The notes under the pieces: model-generated | Databases searched by the model: none | What the model saw: the letters and a program-made list of their open reading frames with translations, nothing else | What the model was told of the DNA's origin: nothing | Source: a bacterium | Lineage (GTDB): Bacteria > Bdellovibrionota_C > UBA2361 > SZUA-149 > JAEUWB01 | DNA length: 64,000 nt | Assembly (NCBI GenBank): GCA_016786595.1 | Contig: JAEUWB010000001.1 | Span: 2,504 to 66,503 of the forward strand | Direction: 5' to 3' | Made by a program: the position numbers and the translations under genes | In this document: piece by piece, positions 51,352-60,363 of the stretch | Layout: each line of letters starts with the position of its first letter | How positions within the stretch are numbered: the stretch's first letter is position 1

Positions 51352-53352
51352 ATGAATTCAAATCTAGCAGAATTAGTGCAAGACAAGGCGGCTTTGCCAT
51401 CAAAAACTCCAATTCTAGATCGGATTAAAGCGCCTGAAGATCTCCGGGTATTGAGTAAGGATGATTTAAAGCAGCTTTGCGACGAGTTGCGTTACGATCT
51501 TGTGCAAGCGGTAAGTGAGGTTGGTGGGCATTTTGCATCAAGTCTTGGTGTTGTAGAATTAACTGTCGCGCTACATACCGTTTTTAACACTCCACATGAT
51601 CGCATTGTTTGGGATGTTGGTCATCAAGCCTATATTCATAAGATCTTAACTGAAAGGCGCGAGGCAATTCGTCGTGTGCGTCAGTTTGGTGGAATTTCGG
51701 GTTTTCCTAAGCGATCGGAAAGTGAGTATGATACTTTCGGTGTTGCGCACGCGGGAACAAGTATTTCAGCGGCAACAGGCATGCTCGAAGCATGTTTCCA
51801 CGATTACCCGGGGTCAGAATCGCGTTTTGTTGTGGCAGTTATTGGCGATGGCGCTTTGACCGCAGGGATGGCTTTTGAAGCACTGAATCATGCCGGTCAG
51901 CTGCACAAAAAATTAATTGTAATTCTCAATGATAATGAAATGTCGATTGCGCCGAATGTCGGAGCGCTAAACTGGGCATTTTCTAAAGCAATCACCAGTG
52001 GCTTTACGAATACGGCCCGTAAACATTTCAAATCACTGCATGACAAGGGCTATATTCCCCACACTTTCTATCGCGTGATTGATAAAGCTGAAGAGGCGGC
52101 GCAGGGATTTTTCTCAACACCAGCTATGCTCTTTAGTTCATTTGGGTTTCGTTACATTGGCCCTGTGGATGGTCATAATCTCGAGCAAGTAATTGATGCT
52201 TTAGAGCGGGCTAAAACTCAAGACGGGCCTGTGCTGATTCATGCGATTACGGAAAAGGGCAAAGGGTATGCACCGGCTGAAGCGGATCCTGTGAAATATC
52301 ACGGCGTAACTCCTTTTCGACCGGACAGTGGAAGTTTTGTTGCCAACGGTAAACCCAAGGCGCCGTCTTATACAGAAATTTTCGGTAAAACTTTAGTTGA
52401 GATTTGTAAGAGCGACCCTCGGGTGGTAGGCATTACGGCAGCCATGCCTGATGGCACAGGACTGACTTATTTACAAAACGAGCTGCCCGATCGCTATTAT
52501 GACGTCGGGATTGCCGAGCAACATGCTGTAACTTTTGCTGCAGGACTTGCTTGTGAGGGAATGCGGCCGGTTTGTGCGATCTACTCGACATTTCTCCAGC
52601 GTGCTTACGACCAGGTCGTGCATGATGTTTGCATTCAGTCACTACCAGTGATTTTTGCGATGGACCGTGGCGGTTTAGTTGGCGCTGATGGGCCAACGCA
52701 TCACGGTGTTTTTGATATTGGTTATTTGCGCTTGCTGCCAAATATGACGGTGATGGCGCCAAAGGATGAAGTTGAATTGCGCGACATGCTCTATACGGCT
52801 GTGCAGCATACGACTGGTCCAATTGCATTTAGATACCCACGCGCAAATGGGCTTGGACTTGATATTTCTCAGCCGCCAAAATTAATTGAAATCGGCAAAG
52901 GCCAAATTACTGTTCAGCCGCAAGGCAAAAAAAGTGAGCTCTTGTTAATCGGCTATGGGCTAACTGTAGGTCTTGCAGAAAAAGCTGCCGCAGAGCTTGC
53001 GGGGAAATATGATATTCCAGTCACTGTAATCAATGCCCGGTTTGTAAAACCGCTTGATCAGGAACTATTTCGCGAGGAGCTGAGCAAGCATTCTTTAGCA
53101 ATCAGTATCGAGGATCATGCAGTTCAAGGTGGCTTTGGTAGCGCTCTTTTGGAATTTATGGCTGATGAAGGTCTGAGTTCAACTTGTCGCTTAGTGCGCT
53201 TAGGTATTGAAGACTTTTTCGTTGAGCACGGCTCACAGGCTGAACTTTATAAGCTCTGTAATTTCGATGCCGCAGCAATTCTCGATCGTGCGCTAAGCGA
53301 ATTGAGAATTGAAAAACAGGCTTGCGAGAAGGCCTTGTCTGGAATACTTTAA
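51352..53352 (+). CDS. dxs: 1-deoxy-D-xylulose-5-phosphate synthase
   Basis: 666-aa ORF with GGHFASSLGVVELTVALH, WDVGHQAY, the TPP motif GDGALTAGMAFEALN..NDN, and EQHAVTFAAG. Confidence 0.95.
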   Translation: MNSNLAELVQDKAALPSKTPILDRIKAPEDLRVLSKDDLKQLCDELRYDLVQAVSEVGGHFASSLGVVELTVALHTVFNTPHDRIVWDVGHQAYIHKILTERREAIRRVRQFGGISGFPKRSESEYDTFGVAHAGTSISAATGMLEACFHDYPGSESRFVVAVIGDGALTAGMAFEALNHAGQLHKKLIVILNDNEMSIAPNVGALNWAFSKAITSGFTNTARKHFKSLHDKGYIPHTFYRVIDKAEEAAQGFFSTPAMLFSSFGFRYIGPVDGHNLEQVIDALERAKTQDGPVLIHAITEKGKGYAPAEADPVKYHGVTPFRPDSGSFVANGKPKAPSYTEIFGKTLVEICKSDPRVVGITAAMPDGTGLTYLQNELPDRYYDVGIAEQHAVTFAAGLACEGMRPVCAIYSTFLQRAYDQVVHDVCIQSLPVIFAMDRGGLVGADGPTHHGVFDIGYLRLLPNMTVMAPKDEVELRDMLYTAVQHTTGPIAFRYPRANGLGLDISQPPKLIEIGKGQITVQPQGKKSELLLIGYGLTVGLAEKAAAELAGKYDIPVTVINARFVKPLDQELFREELSKHSLAISIEDHAVQGGFGSALLEFMADEGLSSTCRLVRLGIEDFFVEHGSQAELYKLCNFDAAAILDRALSELRIEKQACEKALSGIL

Positions 53353-53432
53353 ACTATTCTTTTTCCGCTCTTTCTCATTTTCTTACGAGTAAGCTTTGAT
53401 CAGCTGTTTCCTTTGCATTTGTAAAAATGCTC

Positions 53433-53449
53433 GGAGACAGCGGGGTATT
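53433..53449. repeat. Inverted partial copy of the 26-bp module-boundary repeat
   Basis: GGAGACAGCGGGGTATT is the reverse complement of AATACCCCGCTGTCTCC. Compare CAATACCCCGCTTGTCTCTCC at 54319 and 55452. Confidence 0.6.
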
Positions 53450-53499
53450 TAGAAAGGTTTTTTATTTCCCAAAAAAGTAGTTCTTAGAGTTATCTGAGT

Positions 53500-53580
53500 G
53501 CTTAGGCTTGAACATGAACTTAACCTTTTCCTTCACCTTGAAGATTAAGGATTAGGATAAGTTCATGTTCAAGCCTAAGC
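53500..53580. repeat. Family-1 palindromic element (best-preserved copy)
   Basis: 23-bp perfect outer stem GCTTAGGCTTGAACATGAACTTA / TAAGTTCATGTTCAAGCCTAAGC. Imperfect pairing continues inward. Confidence 0.85.
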
Positions 53581-53631
53581 AAAAAATTTACTAAGACAAT
53601 TCCAAGAACCGCTTTCGCGGGAAATACGCCC

Positions 53632-54282
53632 ATGGAGGGCACAATCAATATGGCAAAAAAACCTAGCAAGGAGTCCGACTTCGCTCAGAAACAAGGAAGT
53701 CTGCGAGGAATCGCAATCGTAGAGCATCGAGATTCAGCTAAGAAGCTGATTCAAGCCTTTGAAAATCCCGACAAGAGAACTTTTCATGTCGGGCTCGGCC
53801 TAATCCAAAAGATTGTCGAGTGCCTGCTAAACGCTCCAAGCGACGAAAGCAAGCATCACCCCTGGAAAAACCAGGTTCCTGAGGGGCATTGGTCTGAACC
53901 AGGGAAACGCGGCATTCATGGTGAACTCTGGCCGACGATCGATTGTGGTAATGGATGCACGGTCATCTTGAAACCAGCGGTCGTCGGAACCGAAAGATCG
54001 CCAACGCTCCGCGTGGAGATCGCATTCAGCGAAACCACAGCTTGGCGCGTCAAAAAAGACGCGTTGCTTTGGTTGCACTACTCTGGCTACGACAGTCAAG
54101 CGTTGTTCGTTATTTTTGGTGAGAACCCAGAGTGCACGCTAACGCTACCCATTCTCGCAAAGCAACTTGGGATTACGGAACTCCACGAACCCGGTCGCTA
54201 TCCGCCAGGTGATCCGCCCGGAGAGGACCGTGCTCATACCCTTGGCTGGACAGGCGAAATTCGCGTCCCGGCCAATGCTTGA
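53632..54282 (+). CDS. Hypothetical protein (orphan)
   Basis: 216-aa ORF (alternative ATG at 53650). Somewhat G+C-rich with a shadow ORF. No family recognised. Confidence 0.55.
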   Translation: MEGTINMAKKPSKESDFAQKQGSLRGIAIVEHRDSAKKLIQAFENPDKRTFHVGLGLIQKIVECLLNAPSDESKHHPWKNQVPEGHWSEPGKRGIHGELWPTIDCGNGCTVILKPAVVGTERSPTLRVEIAFSETTAWRVKKDALLWLHYSGYDSQALFVIFGENPECTLTLPILAKQLGITELHEPGRYPPGDPPGEDRAHTLGWTGEIRVPANA

Positions 54283-54318
54283 GACCTAAGGTCTGACGCT
54301 TGCCTCTTAAAGGAGAAA

Positions 54319-54344
54319 CAATACCCCGCTTGTCTCTCCTTTAA
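54319..54344 (+). repeat. 26-bp perfect direct repeat, copy 1 (CAATACCCCGCTTGTCTCTCCTTTAA)
   Basis: Identical to 55452-55477. Here it is also the right arm of the local hairpin AAAGGAGA...TCTCCTTT. Confidence 0.85.
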
Positions 54345-54364
54345 ATTTCAAAAAATTAATGTAA

Positions 54365-54871
54365 TTACTGCTGACAATTAGCTGGCGCGCAACATTTCCA
54401 GGCCACACGGACAACGTAAACATACCCAGTCATATGCATACCATTCTCATTCACTTCACAATATGAAGTTTTGACATGCTGTTTAAATACAGCTGCATCT
54501 TTAACTGCTTGGCCGCTAGTGCAATAAGCTATCGCATTTGGATCTAATCTAGCAAAAACTTGCTGAGCATAAGATTCTATATAACTCAAATTACGTTGGA
54601 TACTCTTCTTGCATGCCGCAGCATCACGAGTATCGACAGTAAAAACGCCTGAGATGATTTGATTTTGAAAATCATTATTATCCCGAGGAATGCCGACATA
54701 AACTTGATCATCAGAGATCGGAATCCACTTTGTGCCATCAAAATATACGTATAGGCCTTTTCCGCTACATACCTCCAGAGCAACCGCTGGCTTTGCAAAA
54801 GGCAAACAGCAACAAAAAATTACTAGGAGTTGTTGAATCAATCTGCGTGTATTAAAAATCGCGTAGAACAT
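54365..54871 (-). CDS. Cys-rich secreted protein (C-terminal CCxxAN..C motif)
   Basis: 168-aa ORF with a hydrophobic leader (...PFAKPAVA-LE). Ends ...VAWKCCAPANCQQ. Tandem with ORF 54895, which ends ...SCYCCTANPQACS. Confidence 0.6.
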   Translation of the reverse strand: MFYAIFNTRRLIQQLLVIFCCCLPFAKPAVALEVCSGKGLYVYFDGTKWIPISDDQVYVGIPRDNNDFQNQIISGVFTVDTRDAAACKKSIQRNLSYIESYAQQVFARLDPNAIAYCTSGQAVKDAAVFKQHVKTSYCEVNENGMHMTGYVYVVRVAWKCCAPANCQQ

Positions 54872-54894
54872 TTGAGTACCTCTAGATCAAGCTA

Positions 54895-55323
54895 TTAATA
54901 GCTACCTGAATTTTGAGTTGAACATGCTTGAGGATTCGCTGTGCAGCAGTAGCAGGAAGTCTGGCTAATCTTCGCTGAATGCACGAGCAAGTTTTGGCAA
55001 AATTCCGAATCTTTGGTTGCTGATATTTTTTCAGGCAATTTAGTTTCAATACAACCCTCATAGCGGGGCGTAGCTGCTAACTTATGGTAGTCGTAATCGA
55101 TTTTCAAATTTTGTCGGGCTTTATCAATCAGTATTGTAGGACGTTTAGCATACAGCGCGCAAACATCTCTATAACCAAAGCGTTCAACGTATCGGCCAGT
55201 TGCTTGCAAGACCTCAGCACGTGGTTTCTCAGTGCTGCTACATGGCGGACAACTCTCTTGAGCGAAGATTGCTGATGGAAATAAAATGAATGCGCTGATG
55301 AATATTTTTTTAAGGTTAAACAC
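54895..55323 (-). CDS. Cys-rich secreted protein (C-terminal CCxxAN..C motif)
   Basis: 142 aa from the GTG at 55323 (MFNLKKIFISAFILFPSAIFA-QE; GAGAGG lies 9 nt upstream). The track start at 55359 is possible but lacks an RBS. Confidence 0.6.
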   Translation of the reverse strand: MFNLKKIFISAFILFPSAIFAQESCPPCSSTEKPRAEVLQATGRYVERFGYRDVCALYAKRPTILIDKARQNLKIDYDYHKLAATPRYEGCIETKLPEKISATKDSEFCQNLLVHSAKISQTSCYCCTANPQACSTQNSGSY

Positions 55324-55451
55324 TGCCTTTACCTCTCTAACAGATATATCGTAGGGCACAATATGATCGGTTTACCAGAAAAAATCGCGTTAATCTAGCC
55401 TAGTTTTTGATTTATTATTCAATACGCGCCCTAGTACTTTTCTGAGCCATT

Positions 55452-55477
55452 CAATACCCCGCTTGTCTCTCCTTTAA
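55452..55477 (+). repeat. 26-bp perfect direct repeat, copy 2
   Basis: Identical to 54319-54344. Overlaps the stop codon of the ArnT-like gene. Confidence 0.85.
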
Positions 55478-57072
55478 TACTTGCCAGCGATATTTAGTTT
55501 CACTCCATCAAAGCCTTTGCCACGAAAGAAGTAAAATTCACTGATCTTCGTATTTGAATAGTAGGAGCGGAAAGCAGGCTCTATTCTAGTTACCGCCCGG
55601 AAGTGTTTACTAATTTCCGGGGCAACGCTCGGACTTCGCAGCACGAGAAATAAATCCTTGCCCTTTAACTCTGCAAAACCACCCCAGATATCAAACTGGT
55701 TCATGCGCCGATCGTTAAAATTGCCTACGACGATCGGCAAATCAGTCTTCGTATAAAATGAAAGCGCCGAAGCCACATCGTAATTCTCTGTCAAAATCCC
55801 TGAAAGCTTTCCTTGCTCGGCACTATTTCGCAGCATCAACTTTACAGCTTGCTCTCCCAGCGAATTCCAACCAATAAGTTTTTTCATCGGCAATTTATCG
55901 CCTGAAATACCCAGGGTAAATCCACTTAGTAGGAAAATGACTCCAACCAGAATAATAAAATTCAAGCCAATTGCTGGCGCTAAATAGTTTTTAATCGGCC
56001 GAATCTCTTCCGGATTAGTGCGATGCAAATAAGCAAAAAGCATAACCCAAGTTAGATAAAATGGTGCTGGCCAATTGGCATAAATTGGCTTGGTAAAAGA
56101 AAGCGCCAAGCAAAGTCCACCAAGAATCAGACAGGGTGCTAAAAAATAAAGTACTACATAGTCGCCCGATCGCCAGCGTCGATAAGCTTTAACAATTGAG
56201 ACTAGAATTAAGAAAAATAAAATTGGGCCAATCAAGCCAAGCTGACCGCCAATTAGTTCAGCAAAAAACTTCGGGCGAAATAATAAGCCCTTCTGCGAAA
56301 CCAAGTGTCCTGAATTATGCAAAAACGTGACCCAACCGTGTTGAGAATTCCAATATAGAATTGGCGCAAGTATCAGAAAGATTATAGCCAAGCCTGCCAG
56401 GAAACTTTTTGACCGCAGCGCTCCGCGATAAGGCTTAGAAACAAACGCTAGTAAAAGTAGTGAAACGGGTAAAACTAGAATTGTAAATTTAAATAATGCT
56501 CCGATTCCACAAAAAACCCCAAATAATAGCCAGGCTGACTTTTTCCCCGTCAAGGCATCGAACCCAGAAGCTAACGCCAACATATAGCAAGCAAGCATCG
56601 CAGGGTCTGTTGTCATTAAGACTCCCAAAAAAGAGAAAAAAAGCATGCTACGGATACAGAGAAAGGACCCTAAGGCGAATGACGGGTTGGTTAGTCTGGC
56701 GATTGGAAAGAAAATTGCCAGTGATAAAAGTAAATTCGAAGCCCATGCACCAAAACGCACGCCAAACTCAGTGTCCCCAAAGAGTAGCGTCGTATAGTTA
56801 ATTAAAATCGCAACGCCTGGTCCCTTACTGTAATAACTCAGGTCTGGGCGTTTCGACCAATCCCAGTAATGCGCTTCGTCCGGAGCTAAATTCCACGAGG
56901 TAAAATAAATAAAGGCTAACTGCGCTAAGCTATAGACAGTGAGCATTAAAAAAAACGCCCAATAGACGTAGCGATAGTTCTTGTAAGTATTTTGCTCTGT
57001 GGCAATTAAGTGCTGATTACTTGGTCCTGTTCCGATCGACTGCCCGTAATTACTGGAGTGTATCGCTTTCAA
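55474..57072 (-). CDS. ArnT/PMT-like membrane glycosyltransferase (GT39/GT83 type)
   Basis: 532-aa polytopic ORF with PDEAHYWDWSKRPDLSYYSKGPG in the first periplasmic loop, the family's DExYxW-type motif. Confidence 0.85.
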   Translation of the reverse strand: MKAIHSSNYGQSIGTGPSNQHLIATEQNTYKNYRYVYWAFFLMLTVYSLAQLAFIYFTSWNLAPDEAHYWDWSKRPDLSYYSKGPGVAILINYTTLLFGDTEFGVRFGAWASNLLLSLAIFFPIARLTNPSFALGSFLCIRSMLFFSFLGVLMTTDPAMLACYMLALASGFDALTGKKSAWLLFGVFCGIGALFKFTILVLPVSLLLLAFVSKPYRGALRSKSFLAGLAIIFLILAPILYWNSQHGWVTFLHNSGHLVSQKGLLFRPKFFAELIGGQLGLIGPILFFLILVSIVKAYRRWRSGDYVVLYFLAPCLILGGLCLALSFTKPIYANWPAPFYLTWVMLFAYLHRTNPEEIRPIKNYLAPAIGLNFIILVGVIFLLSGFTLGISGDKLPMKKLIGWNSLGEQAVKLMLRNSAEQGKLSGILTENYDVASALSFYTKTDLPIVVGNFNDRRMNQFDIWGGFAELKGKDLFLVLRSPSVAPEISKHFRAVTRIEPAFRSYYSNTKISEFYFFRGKGFDGVKLNIAGKY

Positions 57073-57755
57073 TTGATAACAAAAACATCCACGCGGCGGT
57101 TCAACTGACGTCCTACGTCGGCTTCATTTGAAGCCAATGGACGCCGTGCCCCTTGAGACTCAACAAAAATACGATCTAAAGCCACGCCCTGTGCAGCCAG
57201 AAAAGCAGCGACTGAGCGCGCCCGTGCTTCAGCAATTTTATCATTTTCATCAACCGTGCTTGCGTTATCGCTGTGGCCAACAACCTGAATCTTACGAGCA
57301 CGCGGGTTACGCTTGTAAAGATCAGCAAATTTCTGAAGATCGTCCGCAGACCCAGATCGTAGGGCAGCACTCTTATCATCAAAAAATACGCGCGCGCTAT
57401 ATTGTGGAATGCCTGCGCCCTTGACGCGGCCATCGAGAGAATCTTGAAGATTTTGTAATTGACGTTGGTTTTCTAAAACGCGAATGCGCATTTCGTCGAG
57501 TTCCGCTTGTTGATCGAGATCCGTCGATTCAGCAAGATCGAGCCCCGCTCCAGTAATCAAGCCATCTGCTGCGCCAAAGCCTGCGCCGATTGCAGCACCT
57601 GGTCCGGTTGCTCCAACTTGATGCCCAACAACAGCTCCTGCCCCTGCGCCCCAGCTTGCGCCAAGAATTGCCCCGGCAACACTCTTATCTGGTCCCGGAG
57701 TCGGATGACAACTAGCCACGATTAAACAAAAAAGGACGCAATATATTTTTCGCAT
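57069..57755 (-). CDS. OmpA-family lipoprotein with an N-terminal glycine-zipper region
   Basis: 228-aa ORF with lipobox LIVASC, a Gly-zipper (GAILGASWGAGAGAVVG...) and a C-terminal OmpA domain (GHSDN...NRRVDVFV). Confidence 0.88.
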   Translation of the reverse strand: MRKIYCVLFCLIVASCHPTPGPDKSVAGAILGASWGAGAGAVVGHQVGATGPGAAIGAGFGAADGLITGAGLDLAESTDLDQQAELDEMRIRVLENQRQLQNLQDSLDGRVKGAGIPQYSARVFFDDKSAALRSGSADDLQKFADLYKRNPRARKIQVVGHSDNASTVDENDKIAEARARSVAAFLAAQGVALDRIFVESQGARRPLASNEADVGRQLNRRVDVFVIN

Positions 57756-57951
57756 AAATATCCCTTACAAATCTCTCGATAACCTATAAAACTACTTGAT
57801 ATAATGTAACAGCCTGCTCCACAAGCTAAAAATACCTGGGGGTTGTTTAGCTTGTTTTTTAGTATGAAATTCTCAAAATACGAGTTTCTAGTAGCCTTAA
57901 ATCCAATAAACTCGAATTTAGTTTATTGATGGGACAGCCGATAGTTTTCTC

Positions 57952-58503
57952 ATGAGTATTAAGCAGCAAAAAGGATTCACCCTAGTAGAATTGATGGTCT
58001 CGGTTGCCTCAATGGGCATACTTGCAGCTGTGTGCGTGCCGCATATCAATGACTATGTCGTAAAAGTTAGAAATGCTGAAGTGGTTTCCAATCTACGTAA
58101 CGTCATTGTCTCTCAAGAAGCTTTTTGGTCAATGCAAAATCGCTATGGCACTGAAGCGGAATTGATAGAGAGTGCAGGTCTGACAAAAAATGATCATATT
58201 AATTTTGTTTTTCCACCGATACTAACTGAAGCCGAAGGGCCAGATGGGCCGCTCCCAGTTGATCCATTAGATGTTCAGCTAGCAAACTACACGATTAAAG
58301 CTGTCCACGGAAAAGCTACCTTTGATAATTATGGCACAGGACGTAATCAATATCACTGCTATGCTTATGGTTCTTGCCGTAACGAAATCATGAGCTTAAG
58401 TCCATTGACTTTCTACCCCTGCCCAGCAGGAACTCCTGCATCGTCTGAGGGCTCATGTCCTGATTTAGCAGAAGTAGTGGAACTTGGCGATATGCCGATG
58501 TGA
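57952..58503 (+). CDS. Type IV pilin (prepilin-type N-terminal cleavage/methylation domain)
   Basis: 183-aa ORF with the leader MSIKQQKG followed by FTLVELMVSVASMGILAAV, and Cys pairs in the C-terminus. Confidence 0.88.
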   Translation: MSIKQQKGFTLVELMVSVASMGILAAVCVPHINDYVVKVRNAEVVSNLRNVIVSQEAFWSMQNRYGTEAELIESAGLTKNDHINFVFPPILTEAEGPDGPLPVDPLDVQLANYTIKAVHGKATFDNYGTGRNQYHCYAYGSCRNEIMSLSPLTFYPCPAGTPASSEGSCPDLAEVVELGDMPM

Positions 58504-58617
58504 ATGTAATTTACGAAACGTTCCAGAGAAACTCTGATTAAGTCCGAGGTTCTCTAGGTTTTAATATCGAACAAATTCCGTAACCAGGGCACTGAAAAAT
58601 CATCCTTAGCTAGCACC

Positions 58618-60090
58618 TCATTGGACCAATTTCACAGCAGTAACCAAATGTCCGCTACTAAGTGGCTGCAACAACTGCACTGTTCGCCCATGCGGGTCTA
58701 CTACGGTCGTAAACCCCGTATTAGTTACGCGCAGCATAAATCGCCTGGTTTCAATCGCACGAAATTGCGCCAGTAACTGGTGCTGCAGCGAAGCAATGCT
58801 TGGGTCGTACCAAGCATCATTTGTAAAATTGACTAAGAGATTTGCCCCTGCCGCAACTGTTTTTCTACTATAGCTTGACACAATGTCTTCGTAACAAATC
58901 AGTGCGCCAATTTGTAATTCTTTGCCCTGTAAGACAATCCTAATTGGGCGGGAAGATTCGCCGCGATCAAAATTACCACTGAGCGGGCTGAGTTTTCTGA
59001 CAGTTGGGTAGTAATCAGCAAACGGTAAATATTCCCCAAAAGGCATCAAGCCCTGCTTGTAATAATTGCCGACAACAACGCCCTGGGAATTACGCGCTAG
59101 AACAGCATTATAACTCGCAAACTTAATTTCCTTCTCCAGGTCAGCTGGAAAAGGAATCTGGGACATACTTTTTTTCTGCTCAATCTCTGCTGTCGTCCGT
59201 TCACGATAGGACAATGTTCCATAAATCAAAGGAACTTCTGCCTCGGGATAAACATCGAACTTAGTATTTTTGAGAATCAACTCGGAACTTGGCACAAAAG
59301 TTAAGTCGCTGGATTCTGGCCAAAACAATACTTCTGCTCCAGCCTGGACGGCCTCAGCTGACAAGCTCTGATAGCGTGCTAGATTTTCTTCACGTTTCGA
59401 GGCGTCATTCACGGTAAAAGCATCAATATTTGCTTGAACCAAGCCAACTTTAACTTCAGGAGCTTTGTCGATTAAAGCTTGAACCGCCTGCGAGCGCATC
59501 CCTCCAAGGGCAAGTAAGCCAAAGAAAAAGCCAAAGGTTAAGGCCAGTCCCCGACTACTTTCCGCTTCATTCCTGCGGAGCGAAACCAACCGTGAAGCAA
59601 CAAAAATCATCACAGCACTTAAAAGTTCAAGTGGCACGAACTCAACGAGTGAAACAAAAGGAGTAAAAATTATTTGCGTGTGCGCAAATGTCCAGGGGAA
59701 CATCCGCCATGAAGTTACTTCAGCAAGAAAATACGCAGCGCCAAGCAGTATGCCCCAAAATAGGGAGCTTCGCGCTAAAAGATAGCGATAAATAATTCCT
59801 GCGCCAAGATAAGGCAAAGCCGAAACCAGACAATAGAGAGTAAAAAGTAGCGCCCCGATTGCATCGGGAAATCCGCCAAAATTAACTAAGGTTCTAGTCA
59901 ACCAGTGCATGCCCAGGGCATGCGTGCAAACACCAAAGAGAAAAAATCCCCAAAGCGATAAATTACTACGCACCGCAAAGCAAAAGGTAATCACGGCCGC
60001 CCAGCCCAGGAACATGCTGTAGGCTGTCTCAGGCATGTGGAACGCTGAAGCGGTTAATAGTGCGGCAAGGATGTAGGGAAAAAGTTTCAT
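58618..60090 (-). CDS. lnt: Apolipoprotein N-acyltransferase
   Basis: 490-aa ORF with N-terminal polytopic helices plus a CN-hydrolase domain (LFWPES, ALICYEDIV catalytic Cys). Confidence 0.9.
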   Translation of the reverse strand: MKLFPYILAALLTASAFHMPETAYSMFLGWAAVITFCFAVRSNLSLWGFFLFGVCTHALGMHWLTRTLVNFGGFPDAIGALLFTLYCLVSALPYLGAGIIYRYLLARSSLFWGILLGAAYFLAEVTSWRMFPWTFAHTQIIFTPFVSLVEFVPLELLSAVMIFVASRLVSLRRNEAESSRGLALTFGFFFGLLALGGMRSQAVQALIDKAPEVKVGLVQANIDAFTVNDASKREENLARYQSLSAEAVQAGAEVLFWPESSDLTFVPSSELILKNTKFDVYPEAEVPLIYGTLSYRERTTAEIEQKKSMSQIPFPADLEKEIKFASYNAVLARNSQGVVVGNYYKQGLMPFGEYLPFADYYPTVRKLSPLSGNFDRGESSRPIRIVLQGKELQIGALICYEDIVSSYSRKTVAAGANLLVNFTNDAWYDPSIASLQHQLLAQFRAIETRRFMLRVTNTGFTTVVDPHGRTVQLLQPLSSGHLVTAVKLVQ

Positions 60091-60142
60091 GTGAGCGTTA
60101 GGATATTAATACACTTTCATATAGACTCATCAGACGTTTTAA

Positions 60143-60294
60143 TAAAACATGTCATCTTGAGCGAAAGCTTGAACGAACGCAGTACGTTCAAGCTGCAGTC
60201 GAAAGATCTCTAACTTATTTATTTGGAGATCTTTCGACTGCGTTTTGAATTCGTTACCACTCATTCAAAACTTCGCTCAAGATGACATGTTTTA
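60143..60294. repeat. Family-4 large palindromic element, copy 2
   Basis: 23-bp perfect outer stem (60143-60165 / 60272-60294: TAAAACATGTCATCTTGAGCGAA), a 16-bp perfect inner stem (60195-60210 / 60226-60241: GCAGTCGAAAGATCTC), and side hairpins. Confidence 0.85.
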
Positions 60295-60363
60295 TCGTAA
60301 CAGTAAGTATATTTCCGTGAAAATTCTTTTGTTGTAGGCATCTAGATTCGGCAACCGAGACAC

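Noticed and set aside
52433-52828. 131-aa ORF antisense to dxs
   Set aside because: It lies inside a highly conserved coding region on the opposite strand. It is a shadow ORF.
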